Part shown: one piece after another, positions 20,418-31,954 of the stretch | How the letters are laid out: each line of letters begins with the position of its first letter | Numbering within the stretch: the stretch's first letter is position 1 | NCBI RefSeq assembly: GCF_943372375.1 | Contig: NZ_CALRYJ010000007.1 | Span: 85,128 to 149,127, forward strand | Length of the DNA stretch: 64,000 nt | Direction: 5' to 3' | Source: Fluviicola taffensis DSM 16823 | Lineage (GTDB): Bacteria; Bacteroidota; Bacteroidia; Flavobacteriales_D; Crocinitomicaceae | Notes under the pieces: model-generated | The model's database searches: none | What the model was told of the DNA's origin: nothing | The model's input: the letters and a program-made list of their open reading frames with translations, nothing else | Program-made: the position numbers and the translations under genes

Positions 20418-20449
20418 TTTGTTAACCAAAGAACGAAGACGTAACTTTG
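20418..20449 (+). promoter_or_regulatory. Bacteroidota housekeeping promoter of dxs
   Basis: TTTG-N20-TAACTTTG. Confidence 0.6.
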
Positions 20450-20453
20450 AATA

Positions 20454-22427
20454 TTGAACTCTGATTTTATGCATCCATATAAAGCAGGACCCTTGTTGGA
20501 ACAAATCGTTATCCCTCAGGATTTAAGGGATAAAATGAGTGTGGAACAATTGCCACAAGTTGCCGATGAATTGCGCCAATACATCATAGACGTTATTTCT
20601 GAAATTGGAAATTCTCACTTTGGCGCAAGTTTGGGGGTTGTGGAATTGACGGTTGCTTTGCATTATGTGTTCAATACACCGGATGACCAGTTGGTTTGGG
20701 ATGTCGGTCATCAGGCTTACGGACATAAGATCCTGACCGGTCGCAGAGAAGTTTTTCATACAAATAGAACAAAAGGAGGAATCTCCGGATTTCCAAAACG
20801 TTCCGAGAGCGAATACGATACCTTTGGTGTCGGTCACTCGTCCACCTCTATTTCTGCTGCTTTGGGAATGGCTGTTGCAAGTCGTTACAAAGGAGAAAAA
20901 AATCGGCAGCACATTGCCGTAATCGGGGATGGGGCGATGACAGCAGGAATGGCATTCGAAGGAATGAATCATGCAGGATTTGAAAAGGATGCCAATCTAT
21001 TGGTTATTCTGAATGACAATTGCATGTCCATCGACCCGAATGTGGGAGCATTGAAAGAATACCTGACAGATATCACCACTTCACATACTTACAATAAGGT
21101 AAAAGATGAGGTGTGGAAATTGCTTGGAAAAGTGAGCAAATTCGGACCCGATGCACAATCTGTCGTTTCAAAGATCTCAACAGCTTTAAAAGGATCCATC
21201 CTGAAACAAAGTAATTTATTTGAATCACTCAAATTCCGTTATTTTGGACCGGTAGATGGGCACGACGTTATCAGTTTGGCGAAAGTATTGGAAGATTTGA
21301 AAGATATTCCGGGACCTAAAATTTTGCATTGTATCACTAGAAAAGGTGCCGGATATAAGTTTTCCGAAGAAGGAAATCCGACCAAATGGCATGCACCCGG
21401 TGTTTTCAATAAGGAAACAGGAGAAATTGTGAAGATTGTTCCAAAATCACCACAACCTCCGAAATACCAGGATGTATTCGGACATACGATTGTGGAATTG
21501 GCCGAGCAAAATGAGAATGTAATGGGAGTAACTCCTGCAATGCCAACGGGTTGTTCATTGACTTTCATGATGGAAGCAATGCCGGATCGCGCATTTGATG
21601 TGGGAATTGCGGAGCAACATGCCGTCACTTTTTCAGCAGGTTTAGCCACGCAGGGATTGATTCCGTTTTGTAATATTTACTCTTCATTCATGCAGCGTGC
21701 TTATGATCAAGTATTGCATGATGTGGCTTTGCAAAACCTTCCCGTTGTTTTCTGTTTGGATCGCGGTGGATTGGTTGGAGCTGACGGAGCAACACATCAT
21801 GGAGCTTATGACATTGCCTATATGCGCAGCATTCCGAATATGATCGTTTCTGCACCGATGAATGAAGCAGAGTTGCGTAATTTGATGTTTACGGCTCAGG
21901 CAGAAAACCATGGACCGTTCTCTATTCGTTATCCACGTGGAAATGGGGTGATGACGGAATGGAAAACTCCGATGAAAGCCATTCCGATCGGACAGGGTCG
22001 AAAAGTGACCAATGGCGAAGATATTGCATTAGTTACAATTGGTCATGTAGGGAATTTTGCCCAGGATGCGATTCAATCATTGAAGGAAACCGGAGCTTCT
22101 GTTGCGCATTACGACATGCGTTTCGTAAAACCATTGGATGAAACCTTATTGCATGAAGTATTCTCCAAATTTGATAAAGTGATCACCATTGAAGATGGTT
22201 GTGTCATGGGTGGATTTGGTTCGGCAATCATTGAGTTTATGGTCGATCACAACTATCACTCAAAAGTGGTTCGCTTAGGGATTCCGGATAAATACGTTCA
22301 TCATGGAACTCCTGAAGAACTGCATGCGGATTGTGGTTTTGATGCGAATGCAATTGCCCTGAAAGTGAAAGAAATCCTCCAGATATCTTCTTCTGAAGAG
22401 CAAACTCCTAAGAGTGAGGTGGGTTAG
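20454..22427 (+). CDS. dxs: 1-deoxy-D-xylulose-5-phosphate synthase
   Basis: HFGASLGVVELTVALH, WDVGHQAYGHK, GDGAMTAG, DVGIAEQHAVT, DGATHHG. Confidence 0.97.
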   Translation: MNSDFMHPYKAGPLLEQIVIPQDLRDKMSVEQLPQVADELRQYIIDVISEIGNSHFGASLGVVELTVALHYVFNTPDDQLVWDVGHQAYGHKILTGRREVFHTNRTKGGISGFPKRSESEYDTFGVGHSSTSISAALGMAVASRYKGEKNRQHIAVIGDGAMTAGMAFEGMNHAGFEKDANLLVILNDNCMSIDPNVGALKEYLTDITTSHTYNKVKDEVWKLLGKVSKFGPDAQSVVSKISTALKGSILKQSNLFESLKFRYFGPVDGHDVISLAKVLEDLKDIPGPKILHCITRKGAGYKFSEEGNPTKWHAPGVFNKETGEIVKIVPKSPQPPKYQDVFGHTIVELAEQNENVMGVTPAMPTGCSLTFMMEAMPDRAFDVGIAEQHAVTFSAGLATQGLIPFCNIYSSFMQRAYDQVLHDVALQNLPVVFCLDRGGLVGADGATHHGAYDIAYMRSIPNMIVSAPMNEAELRNLMFTAQAENHGPFSIRYPRGNGVMTEWKTPMKAIPIGQGRKVTNGEDIALVTIGHVGNFAQDAIQSLKETGASVAHYDMRFVKPLDETLLHEVFSKFDKVITIEDGCVMGGFGSAIIEFMVDHNYHSKVVRLGIPDKYVHHGTPEELHADCGFDANAIALKVKEILQISSSEEQTPKSEVG

Positions 22428-22497
22428 AAACCAGCTATAGCTTTTTAGCAATTTATTTCTCTTTCAATTCGCTGATAAGCCCTAATTTTGGGGTAAT

Positions 22498-23403
22498 ATG
22501 TCAAATTTTGTCCTGATAGCTGTCTGTTTTCTTGCCGGTTTTTTACTTCGTAAAACAAGCATCCTTGCAAAAGGAAGTCATCAGGGAATCAATGTTTGGA
22601 TTATTTATGTAGCTCTACCGGCTGCTACCCTCAAGTACCTTCCGAATATCACCTGGTCGAGCGATCTGTTGATTCCACTTCTAACACCTTTGATTTGCTG
22701 GTTTGGAGCCTGGTTACTTACTGAATTGCTTTCCAAACGCTTTCATTTCGACCGTAAAACAAAAGCGGCTTTTTGGATTGTAACCGGGTTGGGAAACACT
22801 TCCTTCATAGGTTTTCCGTTAATTTCAGCTTATTATGGCGAAAAATACCTGTCGATAGCTGCAGTAACGGATCAAATGTCTTTTTTCGTGTTAGCAGTAT
22901 TTGCATCTATTGTTGCCATGCGGGCTTCAGGAACAGCAAAAGCGGATTTCAGGACAATCAGTTTGAAACTACTTAAATTTCCGCCTTTCTTAGTTATTAT
23001 TGTTGCATTGATCTTACCTCATTTTGTTTCTTTTGAACCCATTAATCCATTGGTGACCACTTTGGCGGCAACACTTTCTCCCTTGGCTATTTTCTCAGTT
23101 GGATTGCAGTTTGAATTGGGTAAAATGCGCGACGTACTGAAACCCATTTTGGCCGCTTCAATCTATAAACTGATTCTTTCACCGTTGATTATTCTTGGAT
23201 TGGCTTTCGCTTTTCAAACCGGTGAAATGAATACAAAAATTTCTGTTTTTGAGGCTTCAATGGGAACGATGATCAGCGCCGGAATTCTGAATGATCAATT
23301 CGGATTGAATCCACGATTGAGTAACTTGATTGTGTTTATGACGATTCTGCTTTCGTTTATTACGAGTGGAGTTTGGTATTTGGTTCTGGAAACAATTGTT
23401 TAA
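22498..23403 (+). CDS. AEC (auxin efflux carrier) family transporter
   Basis: ~10 TM; IYVALPA, GNTSFIGFPLI..YG motifs. Confidence 0.85.
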   Translation: MSNFVLIAVCFLAGFLLRKTSILAKGSHQGINVWIIYVALPAATLKYLPNITWSSDLLIPLLTPLICWFGAWLLTELLSKRFHFDRKTKAAFWIVTGLGNTSFIGFPLISAYYGEKYLSIAAVTDQMSFFVLAVFASIVAMRASGTAKADFRTISLKLLKFPPFLVIIVALILPHFVSFEPINPLVTTLAATLSPLAIFSVGLQFELGKMRDVLKPILAASIYKLILSPLIILGLAFAFQTGEMNTKISVFEASMGTMISAGILNDQFGLNPRLSNLIVFMTILLSFITSGVWYLVLETIV

Positions 23404-23466
23404 TAAAACGGACATTAGCTTCTTTTTGCAGATTCATGATATACTTGTCTAAGTAATAAGCTATTA

Positions 23467-23496
23467 AATCTGCGTTTTCAGCGAAATCTGCGTGAA
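23467..23496. repeat. Short tandem AAATCTGCGT repeat, degenerate intergenic element
   Basis: AAATCTGCGTTTTCAGCGAAATCTGCGTGA; complementary GCAGATT about 35 nt upstream. Confidence 0.4.
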
Positions 23497-23578
23497 CTGA
23501 AGAAGCCCAAATCGTCACCAAAATCAATCCTTTCCTCTTTCAAATTTCTTCCTATTTTTGCATTCATAGAAAAACAAC

Positions 23579-25030
23579 ATGAAACGAACAAAAATTGCTG
23601 ATTTATTAAGTCAACCGAAAGTCGGGGAAAAGTATCTTGTGAAAGGTTGGGTGCGTGCATTTCGCAGCAACCGATTTATTCAATTGAATGACGGTTCTAC
23701 CATCAATAATTTACAAGCGGTAGTTGACTTTGAGAATTTTGACGAGGCAATTTTAAAGAAAATCACAACGGCTGCGTCTGTTGGATTGACGGGTGTTGTA
23801 ATTGAGTCGCAAGGAAGTGGACAAGCTGTTGAATTGCAGGTTACTGAAATTGAGATCATCGGTGAAGCTCATCCGGACGATGTTCAGAAAACCATTTTAC
23901 AGCCGAAAAAACACAGTTTGGAAGTTTTGCGTGAGCAAGCACATTTGCGTTTCAGAACAAACTTGTTCGGAGCGGTTTTCAGAGTGCGCCATGCGGTAAG
24001 TTATGCCATTCACCAATTCTTTAACGACCAGGGATTCTATTACATCCACACGCCGATCATCACAGGTTCGGATGCGGAAGGAGCAGGAGAAATGTTCCGT
24101 GTAACAAACCTGGATGCAAAGAATCCGCCGTTGAATGAAGACGGGTCGGTAAATTATACAGAAGACTTTTTTGGTAAACAGGTGAATTTAACCGTTTCCG
24201 GTCAGTTGGAAGGCGAATTGGCAGCTTTGGCTTTGGGTCAGATCTATACATTCGGACCAACTTTCCGTGCAGAGAATTCAAATACGTCTCGTCACTTGGC
24301 TGAGTTTTGGATGATTGAGCCGGAAGTAGCTTTCAATGATATTCACGACAACATGGATTTGGCAGAAAACATGCTGAAATACATTTGTGATTACGTGATG
24401 AAGCATTGTGCGGATGATTTGAAATTCCTGAATGAGCGTGAAGCGCAGGAGCAACAATCCAAACCGCAAAACGAACGCAATGAATTGGGATTGATCGAGC
24501 GACTTCAGTTTGTTACCACGAATGATTTCAAACGAATCACGTATACGGAAGCGATTGATGTTTTGATGAACTCGAACCATTACAAAAAGAAAAAATTTAA
24601 ATACGATGTGAATTGGGGAACTGATTTGCAATCGGAGCATGAACGTTATTTGGTAGAAAAAGAGTTCAAACGCCCGGTGATCATTACGGATTATCCTGCA
24701 TCATTCAAAGCATTCTACATGCGTGCAAACGACGGATGTGAACCAGGTAAGGAAACTGTTGCCGCAATGGATATTTTATTCCCGGGAATCGGTGAAATGG
24801 TTGGCGGATCCCAACGCGAAGAACGTTTAGATGTGTTGAAGAAAAAATGTGCCGATTTCGGAATTCACGAAGAAGATTTGTGGTGGTATTTGGATACACG
24901 TCGCTTCGGATCGGTTCCACATGCAGGCTTCGGATTAGGTTTTGAACGCATGGTGATGTTCGTTACGGGTATGACAAATATCCGCGATGTAATTCCATTC
25001 CCAAGAACGCCACAAAATGCGGAATTTTAA
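23579..25030 (+). CDS. asnS: Asparagine--tRNA ligase
   Basis: OB-fold [46 protein letters not shown]. Confidence 0.97.
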   Translation: MKRTKIADLLSQPKVGEKYLVKGWVRAFRSNRFIQLNDGSTINNLQAVVDFENFDEAILKKITTAASVGLTGVVIESQGSGQAVELQVTEIEIIGEAHPDDVQKTILQPKKHSLEVLREQAHLRFRTNLFGAVFRVRHAVSYAIHQFFNDQGFYYIHTPIITGSDAEGAGEMFRVTNLDAKNPPLNEDGSVNYTEDFFGKQVNLTVSGQLEGELAALALGQIYTFGPTFRAENSNTSRHLAEFWMIEPEVAFNDIHDNMDLAENMLKYICDYVMKHCADDLKFLNEREAQEQQSKPQNERNELGLIERLQFVTTNDFKRITYTEAIDVLMNSNHYKKKKFKYDVNWGTDLQSEHERYLVEKEFKRPVIITDYPASFKAFYMRANDGCEPGKETVAAMDILFPGIGEMVGGSQREERLDVLKKKCADFGIHEEDLWWYLDTRRFGSVPHAGFGLGFERMVMFVTGMTNIRDVIPFPRTPQNAEF

Positions 25031-25048
25031 GCAGGAAATATATTAGTG

Positions 25049-25077
25049 AAAAAGGCTCAGAATTTCTGAGCCTTTTT
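25049..25077. terminator. Bidirectional intrinsic terminator
   Basis: AAAAAGGCTCAG-AATTT-CTGAGCCTTTTT between convergent genes. Confidence 0.85.
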
Positions 25078-25083
25078 AGTTTA

Positions 25084-28000
25084 TTATAGTTTTGTCCATT
25101 TGTAATTCGAACCTCCTATTCGCACAAAATAGATTCCACTCTGCAAATGCGATACATCAATCTGATGATGAGCGGAAATTTCATCCTGATAAATGAGAGT
25201 TCCGTCCAACCCGATTAATTCGACCGATGATTCTTTATTGGTTTCGACAAACAAGAGGTTTTCCGCCGGATTCGGATATATTTTCACAAAGGAGTTTTCA
25301 GGATTTTTTAAACCCAAACCGGTTGTATCAATGATCACTTTCATTCTACCTTCATTATTTAACTCATTGGTTTCATTATATGCCCAAACCCCGTCAACTC
25401 GGTGAAAAAGGTAATAGGTAGCCTGTTGAATCGGATTTGGCAAGCTTACGAACCGGGAAAATGTGGCTGTATCTCCAACCGGTAAAGGTCCGTCTGTAAA
25501 TTGATTCGCATAAGAATCTCCGGTATCAAAAATGGAATCTGTCGACCAGAAGAATGTTGTAACGGCGGACGGAAGATTCGAATTCCCCAAATTTGCAATG
25601 GAGTATTGTGTATTGAACGAAGATGGAATCATAGGAATGTAGATCTCAGGCTCATTGTATGCTTCCAGGTCAAAGGTTCTTCCGTTAATTTTAAAGTTGT
25701 CCATTCTAAAGCCGGTTAGCATACCTCCATTATTATAATTTGCGCGTTGTGCAAAGCGAAATTTCACATTTTGCTGCCCTTCTAGAAAACTCATTTCTGC
25801 GGAAGCATGTGTCCAATTAGGAATGAGTCCCCAACCTGGCTGTTGGTCCAGATTTGGAATATTGGGAGAATTGTACCAATTCAGAGCCTGAGTAAGTTGG
25901 TTAGCAGTAAGTACACTCCAAGTGTTTCCACCATCAATCGAATAAGATAAGTTCGATCCGTTTTCGCTTGGAGAATTGGCTTGAGTTCCAAAACTTCGGA
26001 AGTCGAATTCAATCTTCAACTGATCGACATGACTGAAATTATAAGAAGGAGATTCTAAGTAATAAATGGAATACAGATTTTGCCATCCGCTTCCCCAAAC
26101 GTTCATATAATCCATAAACCATTCGCCGGATGCAGCATCAGTGACATAATCACCGGTTACAAGCTGTGTTCTGAATGTTCCATCTGAATAACCCGTTGAA
26201 TCGTTGTACTGATTCCACCCATCAATATAAGTTTCCTCAAATTGATAATGGAGCGGATAGTGATAATTCACGTTTGAGTCCATTGCGAGATCAAATACAT
26301 GGAAATTATTTGTCTCATTAGATTCTGTGTTGGCATTCAATGGGTCAATCTGACAAATCACATAATTATAACTGGAATAACTGGCAGGCATCTGTTTTCT
26401 AATACCGACAATCTTCTTTTCGAAAGGCTTAATTGCGTTAAGGCTCTTGGTGGCTACCAAATTATCTGCCGCATTTAGTATGGTGTCAACACTCAGGTAA
26501 ACTTTTAATTGGGATGGGTTACTGATGTAATTTTCATTATTCTTTACATGGAAATAGAAACCTAAGTATTTATCGGTTCCGGATGCCATTATTTTTTTCT
26601 GTGTGGGGATCATTAAATCAATTTTCTTCTCCGTAATCTTAAAGTTATCAAGCAGTAATCCTTCAAGTTCCAGAGAATCTGTATTGACCAATACATTCGT
26701 GGCGAACATGAACTGAATAAATTGATCTCCAAGAGGTTTTAAATCCATCGCATAATGAGTGTGATCGTCATATAAACGCGACTGGTATTCATCATTATCA
26801 GCAATGAATGCCATTTCATGATTCGTAAACCCGATATAACCGGGAGCAGATTGAATGATTGAATAAGTTAGATTATTCCCATCCACTCCAACTAATGGGT
26901 CATAAGTAGTCTGGCGCATCATTTCTTTATAGGATTCATTCAGAGGTAATAACGCTTTCCAATTCATTCCGCCATCAACTGAATAGAGAATTGTTGCTAG
27001 GGATTGGTTGGATGTACTATTGTGCATATCAGCTAAAAGATCAAACTCCAGAACGGGATTAGCCAATTCTGCCAAGTTGTAAACAGGCGAAAATAAATGC
27101 GATCTGGAGAAACTGCTTAATTTGTTTCCGTTCGAGTTGGTGATAAAAGCCTTATTTCCGGAAAAACAGGTGTCCAAAGTGTTTCCATTTCCATTAGCAG
27201 CTCCCCAATTCCAATCATTTTCAAACAAAGATGAGGTACTGCTCCAACCGGAGATGTTATTTTCAAAATCGTTCTCATAGGGTAAACTTCTAAGCGAATC
27301 CATTGCAAATTCAAAATAACCTTCGTTATTCCATTCGCGCATCTCATCTGCTACCTGGTTTGCATCCGTTTTAAAAAAAATGTAATAATTACCCGGTACT
27401 GTTGTCGGTTTCGTAAAGGTGAATGTTCTTGAAACAAATGTCGTATCTCCGACTTGTGGTTCGAAATTGGATCCCAAATCGGTATCGCCCGAATCCAAAA
27501 TAGAATCATTAGACCAGTAAAAATGTGTTTCTGTCGGTGGCAGGTCAGCCAACCCAGAGTTGAATAGGTGATAATGCAAAGTGTCAATGGTCAATGAATT
27601 AGGCATAAAACGATGCAGTAGTTCCTTTTCAATTGAAGCATCACATTTTGTAGGGCCTATATAAATATCATCAATTGCCGAACGGTCTATCATGGCTGTG
27701 TTATACCAAGATTGGGCATTCAATCCCTGTATCCGGATTTTAGTACTGGCTTGTGTAGAATAAGCAGCCAGATCCGTACAATGACATTCCCAACCATCAA
27801 GACGTGGCAATGGAGTAGTAGAGATACTACTTCCGAAAATAGGATAACTCACTGTTGGGCCTTGAATTCCGGGCATGACAACTGCAAGGTTGTAATGATA
27901 AGATTTATACCAAAAACAGATCGAATTGGAAGGGCTTCCTGTGAGATCCACATATGGACTTTCTATGGTCAATGCATTTATTGCCAGATTCGGATTCAAA

Positions 28001-29091
28001 TCCTGAAACCAGCAACTATCTCCTGAATGTGCATTTTCGCTATAACTTCCATTCGGATCGCCTAAGTGCCATGGTTCGGGTGAGCCGACTGATTGAATTT
28101 TCCAAAAACTGCCTCCTTCGAAATCATCATCCAAAACCTGGAAAATGGGATCAACCTCCACCCGGGTAAAATTAGCATTGTTCAATTCATTGTATTCCTG
28201 AACGACGTTGGAAGTATCGAGCACATAAAACACGTAATAAGTTCCGGGATTTAATCCTTGTGGTAAAGGCAAAATCTTTGTCAATAAAATCGTATTCGTA
28301 GTGAGCACAAATTGTCCTTCATGTCCAAGTGAAATATCTCCGGCATCTAAAATGGTGTCATTCGACCAATAATAAGCAGTCTGGAAGTTGATGCCCTGAT
28401 TGTATTCACCAGTATAAATGCGGTTGTATTTTACCGTGAATTCTGTAAAATTCGGACTTAGACCCAATATGGGTAGATCCGGAGTAGCAGTTAGATCGAT
28501 TTGCTGGTCACGGATAACAAAATCATCGATCATCCATCCGCGAAGGCTTGCCATATTGTTTTGTGCCAGAAAACGGAATGTTACGGAAGGAGATCCTTGT
28601 AAAAATGCCAGTGAGATGACCGAATATTGAAAAGCGGAACTAGAAGAATAAAAACCGGCTGCAGCTGTTTGCCAATTATAGGATGGTGATCCGGCATTGA
28701 TCAATAAATTCCATGTCGTCCCTCCGTCTAAAGAATATTCCAGTTTGCGCATGATATTCCCTCCTTGCATAGCATGGTAAAAACTAAGAATTTTAGGGTG
28801 TGTTACATCCGACAAATCAAATTCAGGAGTTTGAATATAGCAGGTAGTATTGGGCGCCATATCACCTGTTAGGTTCGTTACCCAAGCGTTTATCGGAGAA
28901 TGCGCACTTGAAAAAGCACCGAAATTCGGTTGTCCAATCTGCCACTGATTTGCTCCCGAAACAGCAACTGCACTCCACGAAGTCATTTCTGAGGCGGTTT
29001 CAAATTGATTCGAATAAGGAAACGTCGAAATCTGACTAAATAGATTGCTGAATGAAAAGATTGCTGAACAAAGGAGAAGAACGATTTTCAT
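25084..29091 (-). CDS. T9SS type A substrate with four CARDB-like domains alternating with jelly-roll-like domains
   Basis: Four YWSxDxILDxGD..ExNExNN blocks; three SxDGGxxW motifs; CTD IYPNPAENLL..LQSGIYFVRI. Confidence 0.85.
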   Translation of the reverse strand: MKIVLLLCSAIFSFSNLFSQISTFPYSNQFETASEMTSWSAVAVSGANQWQIGQPNFGAFSSAHSPINAWVTNLTGDMAPNTTCYIQTPEFDLSDVTHPKILSFYHAMQGGNIMRKLEYSLDGGTTWNLLINAGSPSYNWQTAAAGFYSSSSAFQYSVISLAFLQGSPSVTFRFLAQNNMASLRGWMIDDFVIRDQQIDLTATPDLPILGLSPNFTEFTVKYNRIYTGEYNQGINFQTAYYWSNDTILDAGDISLGHEGQFVLTTNTILLTKILPLPQGLNPGTYYVFYVLDTSNVVQEYNELNNANFTRVEVDPIFQVLDDDFEGGSFWKIQSVGSPEPWHLGDPNGSYSENAHSGDSCWFQDLNPNLAINALTIESPYVDLTGSPSNSICFWYKSYHYNLAVVMPGIQGPTVSYPIFGSSISTTPLPRLDGWECHCTDLAAYSTQASTKIRIQGLNAQSWYNTAMIDRSAIDDIYIGPTKCDASIEKELLHRFMPNSLTIDTLHYHLFNSGLADLPPTETHFYWSNDSILDSGDTDLGSNFEPQVGDTTFVSRTFTFTKPTTVPGNYYIFFKTDANQVADEMREWNNEGYFEFAMDSLRSLPYENDFENNISGWSSTSSLFENDWNWGAANGNGNTLDTCFSGNKAFITNSNGNKLSSFSRSHLFSPVYNLAELANPVLEFDLLADMHNSTSNQSLATILYSVDGGMNWKALLPLNESYKEMMRQTTYDPLVGVDGNNLTYSIIQSAPGYIGFTNHEMAFIADNDEYQSRLYDDHTHYAMDLKPLGDQFIQFMFATNVLVNTDSLELEGLLLDNFKITEKKIDLMIPTQKKIMASGTDKYLGFYFHVKNNENYISNPSQLKVYLSVDTILNAADNLVATKSLNAIKPFEKKIVGIRKQMPASYSSYNYVICQIDPLNANTESNETNNFHVFDLAMDSNVNYHYPLHYQFEETYIDGWNQYNDSTGYSDGTFRTQLVTGDYVTDAASGEWFMDYMNVWGSGWQNLYSIYYLESPSYNFSHVDQLKIEFDFRSFGTQANSPSENGSNLSYSIDGGNTWSVLTANQLTQALNWYNSPNIPNLDQQPGWGLIPNWTHASAEMSFLEGQQNVKFRFAQRANYNNGGMLTGFRMDNFKINGRTFDLEAYNEPEIYIPMIPSSFNTQYSIANLGNSNLPSAVTTFFWSTDSIFDTGDSYANQFTDGPLPVGDTATFSRFVSLPNPIQQATYYLFHRVDGVWAYNETNELNNEGRMKVIIDTTGLGLKNPENSFVKIYPNPAENLLFVETNKESSVELIGLDGTLIYQDEISAHHQIDVSHLQSGIYFVRIGGSNYKWTKL

Positions 29092-29287
29092 GGCAGTTTA
29101 AAATCAAATGTATTCGACAAAAGTAAACTATTTTACTAGATGTTTTGGTGGATTTCAATGCAAAGCTTCCTCTTTCTTGCAGAAGAGTTAATGAGTTGAA
29201 TTCGATAAATAATCCGTTAACTTTCCTGTGTTTTAAAAATTAAATCCGCCTATTTAGCTTATATTTGGATAAATATTTAGGGCAACT

Positions 29288-30739
29288 ATGGCATTACGAC
29301 AGCAGCTCACCCAGAAACTGGAACAAAGACTTTCTCCTCAGCAAATTCAATTGATGAAGTTGTTGCAGGTTCCGACTATGGAATTGGATCAACGCATCAA
29401 ACAAGAGTTGGAGGAAAATCCTGCGTTGGATGAAGGAGCTGAAGAAGTCGATGAATATGATAACGATCCGGAAGACGATTACAAGGATGATGAAAACGAA
29501 TTTGATACCGATTTCGATATCAGTGATTACTTCGACGACGATACTCCGGATTACAAAACACAGGTAAACAATAAGAGTAAGGATGATGAAGAGCGAGGAG
29601 TTCCACTTTCTGTAGACTCATCTTTTCAGGATAAATTGACGGAACAATTGCACTTATTGGATTTGGATGATACCCAATTTCAAATTGCAGATACCATTAT
29701 TGGGAATTTGGATGAATCAGGGTATTTGAATCGCGAATTGGATGCGATTGTGGATGATTTAGCATTCTCTTCGAATCTAATGGTCACCGAATCCGAGATA
29801 GAGCATGTGCTTAAAATTGTTCAGGAATTAGATCCGGCTGGAATTGGTGCGCGTGATTTGAGAGAATGTTTGTTGCTACAGATTGAGCGGATTCAGGAAG
29901 GAAACATCACGTTGTTTACTGCGCGAAAAATCTTGGAAGATCATTTCGAAGAGTTTACGAAAAAGCACTACGACAAGATTCAGAAGAAATTGGAAATTGA
30001 GGATGAAGATCTGAAAGAAGCAATTGATGCGATCATTCGATTGAATCCCAAACCAGGAGGTTCGTTGAAAGACAATTCAAAAAGTATCCAACAAGTCATT
30101 CCGGATTTTATGATTGCGGAATTTGATGGGAAATTAGAGTTGTCAATCAATGGCAGAAATACTCCGGACTTGAAAGTTTCGAAGGAATATGAACAATTAC
30201 TCAGAAGTTACGGAGAAGGTGCAAAAACATCCAAATCAGATAAAGATGCACTCTTGTTCGTGAAAACGAAGTTGGAAGGTGCAAAATGGTTCATTGATGC
30301 AATTCGTCAACGTCAGCAGACCTTGTTTACGACCATGCATGCGATCATGATGTATCAGTATCAATTCTTCTTAACAGGAGATGAAACGAATATGAAACCA
30401 ATGATTTTGAAAGACATTGCAGAAATCGTAGGTCTTGATATTTCTACTGTTTCCCGCGTTGCAAATTCAAAATATGTTCAAACGGCTTTTGGGGTGTATT
30501 CATTGAAATACTTTTTCTCCGAGTCCCTTTCAACCGATTCAGGTGAAGAGGTTTCTACAAGAGAAGTAAAGAAGATCTTAACAGATGCCATTGAAGCAGA
30601 AAACAAAAAGAAACCCTTAACGGATGAACATTTGGCAAAGCTGCTCAACGATAAGGGATACAATATTGCCAGAAGAACCATTGCAAAATACAGGGAGCAA
30701 TTGAATGTACCGGTTGCACGCTTACGAAAAGAATTGTAA
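29288..30739 (+). CDS. rpoN: RNA polymerase sigma-54 factor
   Basis: LSPQQIQLMKLLQ, DISTVSR, RpoN box ARRTIAKYREQL. Confidence 0.97.
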   Translation: MALRQQLTQKLEQRLSPQQIQLMKLLQVPTMELDQRIKQELEENPALDEGAEEVDEYDNDPEDDYKDDENEFDTDFDISDYFDDDTPDYKTQVNNKSKDDEERGVPLSVDSSFQDKLTEQLHLLDLDDTQFQIADTIIGNLDESGYLNRELDAIVDDLAFSSNLMVTESEIEHVLKIVQELDPAGIGARDLRECLLLQIERIQEGNITLFTARKILEDHFEEFTKKHYDKIQKKLEIEDEDLKEAIDAIIRLNPKPGGSLKDNSKSIQQVIPDFMIAEFDGKLELSINGRNTPDLKVSKEYEQLLRSYGEGAKTSKSDKDALLFVKTKLEGAKWFIDAIRQRQQTLFTTMHAIMMYQYQFFLTGDETNMKPMILKDIAEIVGLDISTVSRVANSKYVQTAFGVYSLKYFFSESLSTDSGEEVSTREVKKILTDAIEAENKKKPLTDEHLAKLLNDKGYNIARRTIAKYREQLNVPVARLRKEL

Positions 30740-31398
30740 TGAAGATTTTCTCCAAGGTTCTTTCATGGATTTTCTTACCACTTCTTACTCCGGTTTATGC
30801 GGTGGCTATAGCCATGTATGTTGAAAGTTGGGAAGCTGATTTTTACCAAGGTGAAAGTCTGTTTTCACTGGATCCGAGGGCGAAGGAATTTTTCATGTAT
30901 CTCTTCACTTCCTTTTCATTTCTTGCTCCGGCATTAACTGTTCTCTTTCTTCAAACCAGGGGTTCTGTGAGTTCCGTTATGATGGAAAAAAGAACAGAAC
31001 GCATTGTTCCATCAATCATGGTCGTGCTATTCGGAATTTCGTTATTGACGATTCTCCTTTTTAAGGTTCCGGAGTTTCTTCCCGGAGCGCGATTCATATT
31101 CGGATTATCCCTGGGATCATTGATTTCAGTCATTGTTTGTACCATTCTTACCTTTCGTTGGAAAGTTTCCCTTCACGCCACAGGAATGGGTATTTTGACC
31201 GGATTCCTATACATGTACTATAGCAAAATGCTCATTTTCCCATTGTGGATCCTGATTCTTGCATTCATCGCCAGTGGAATAGTCATGTCTGCCAGAATGT
31301 ATCTGAAACTCCATACCTTAACTCAACTGGTAGTGGGTTTTGCAATCGGATTTACAGGTCTTGTCTTGGGAATCAAATTCTTCTTTGCTTATTATTAG
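30739..31398 (+). CDS. Membrane protein, PAP2-like C-terminus
   Basis: Six hydrophobic segments; KVSLH and SAR..LKLHTLTQL motifs; start overlaps the rpoN stop. Confidence 0.65.
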   Translation: MKIFSKVLSWIFLPLLTPVYAVAIAMYVESWEADFYQGESLFSLDPRAKEFFMYLFTSFSFLAPALTVLFLQTRGSVSSVMMEKRTERIVPSIMVVLFGISLLTILLFKVPEFLPGARFIFGLSLGSLISVIVCTILTFRWKVSLHATGMGILTGFLYMYYSKMLIFPLWILILAFIASGIVMSARMYLKLHTLTQLVVGFAIGFTGLVLGIKFFFAYY

Positions 31399-31529
31399 GA
31401 TTTAAAGAATCTTTGCTATTGTTGTTAAGTTCGATGACAAAAAATAGTCTTTTTTGTTAAATTTGTTTCACTTGATGACAACCTCTCCAACATTTTGTTG
31501 TCTAGCATGTACAGAACTTAAAACAAACC

Positions 31530-31943
31530 GTGTTGAAAAAACTAGTTATCCTAACGGGATTCCTTATTTCCGCAACTTTCTCTTTCTCCCAAGAGATTGA
31601 TCCAAGGATCCTCAAGAACAAAGGCAAAGAAGCCGAAAAGATGTATGAATACAACAAGAATTCATACAATTATCTCTTATTCGAATTGGATCATTCTTAT
31701 GAGATTGTCTCCAAAAACGGACTTTCAAAGGAACAACGGATTTCGATAAAGAAAGACATTCATTTTACGGATGCAGCGTTGGTTAATATTGGAACTTCCA
31801 ATTTTAACTTTTATGATTTCGGTATTAAATTATCCAAATCGGAAAGACAATACGTCCAGCTTGATAAAGAACGCGTATTGGTTTTTTACGCCATTCCTGA
31901 AATCACCAAGGCTTTTATCGCAAGCCCTTCCAATACTAAATAG
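31530..31943 (+). CDS. Hypothetical exported protein
   Basis: Signal peptide ending SFS-Q; 137 aa; 11 nt before the next gene. Confidence 0.7.
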   Translation: MLKKLVILTGFLISATFSFSQEIDPRILKNKGKEAEKMYEYNKNSYNYLLFELDHSYEIVSKNGLSKEQRISIKKDIHFTDAALVNIGTSNFNFYDFGIKLSKSERQYVQLDKERVLVFYAIPEITKAFIASPSNTK

Positions 31944-31954
31944 ACCTGATCCTT

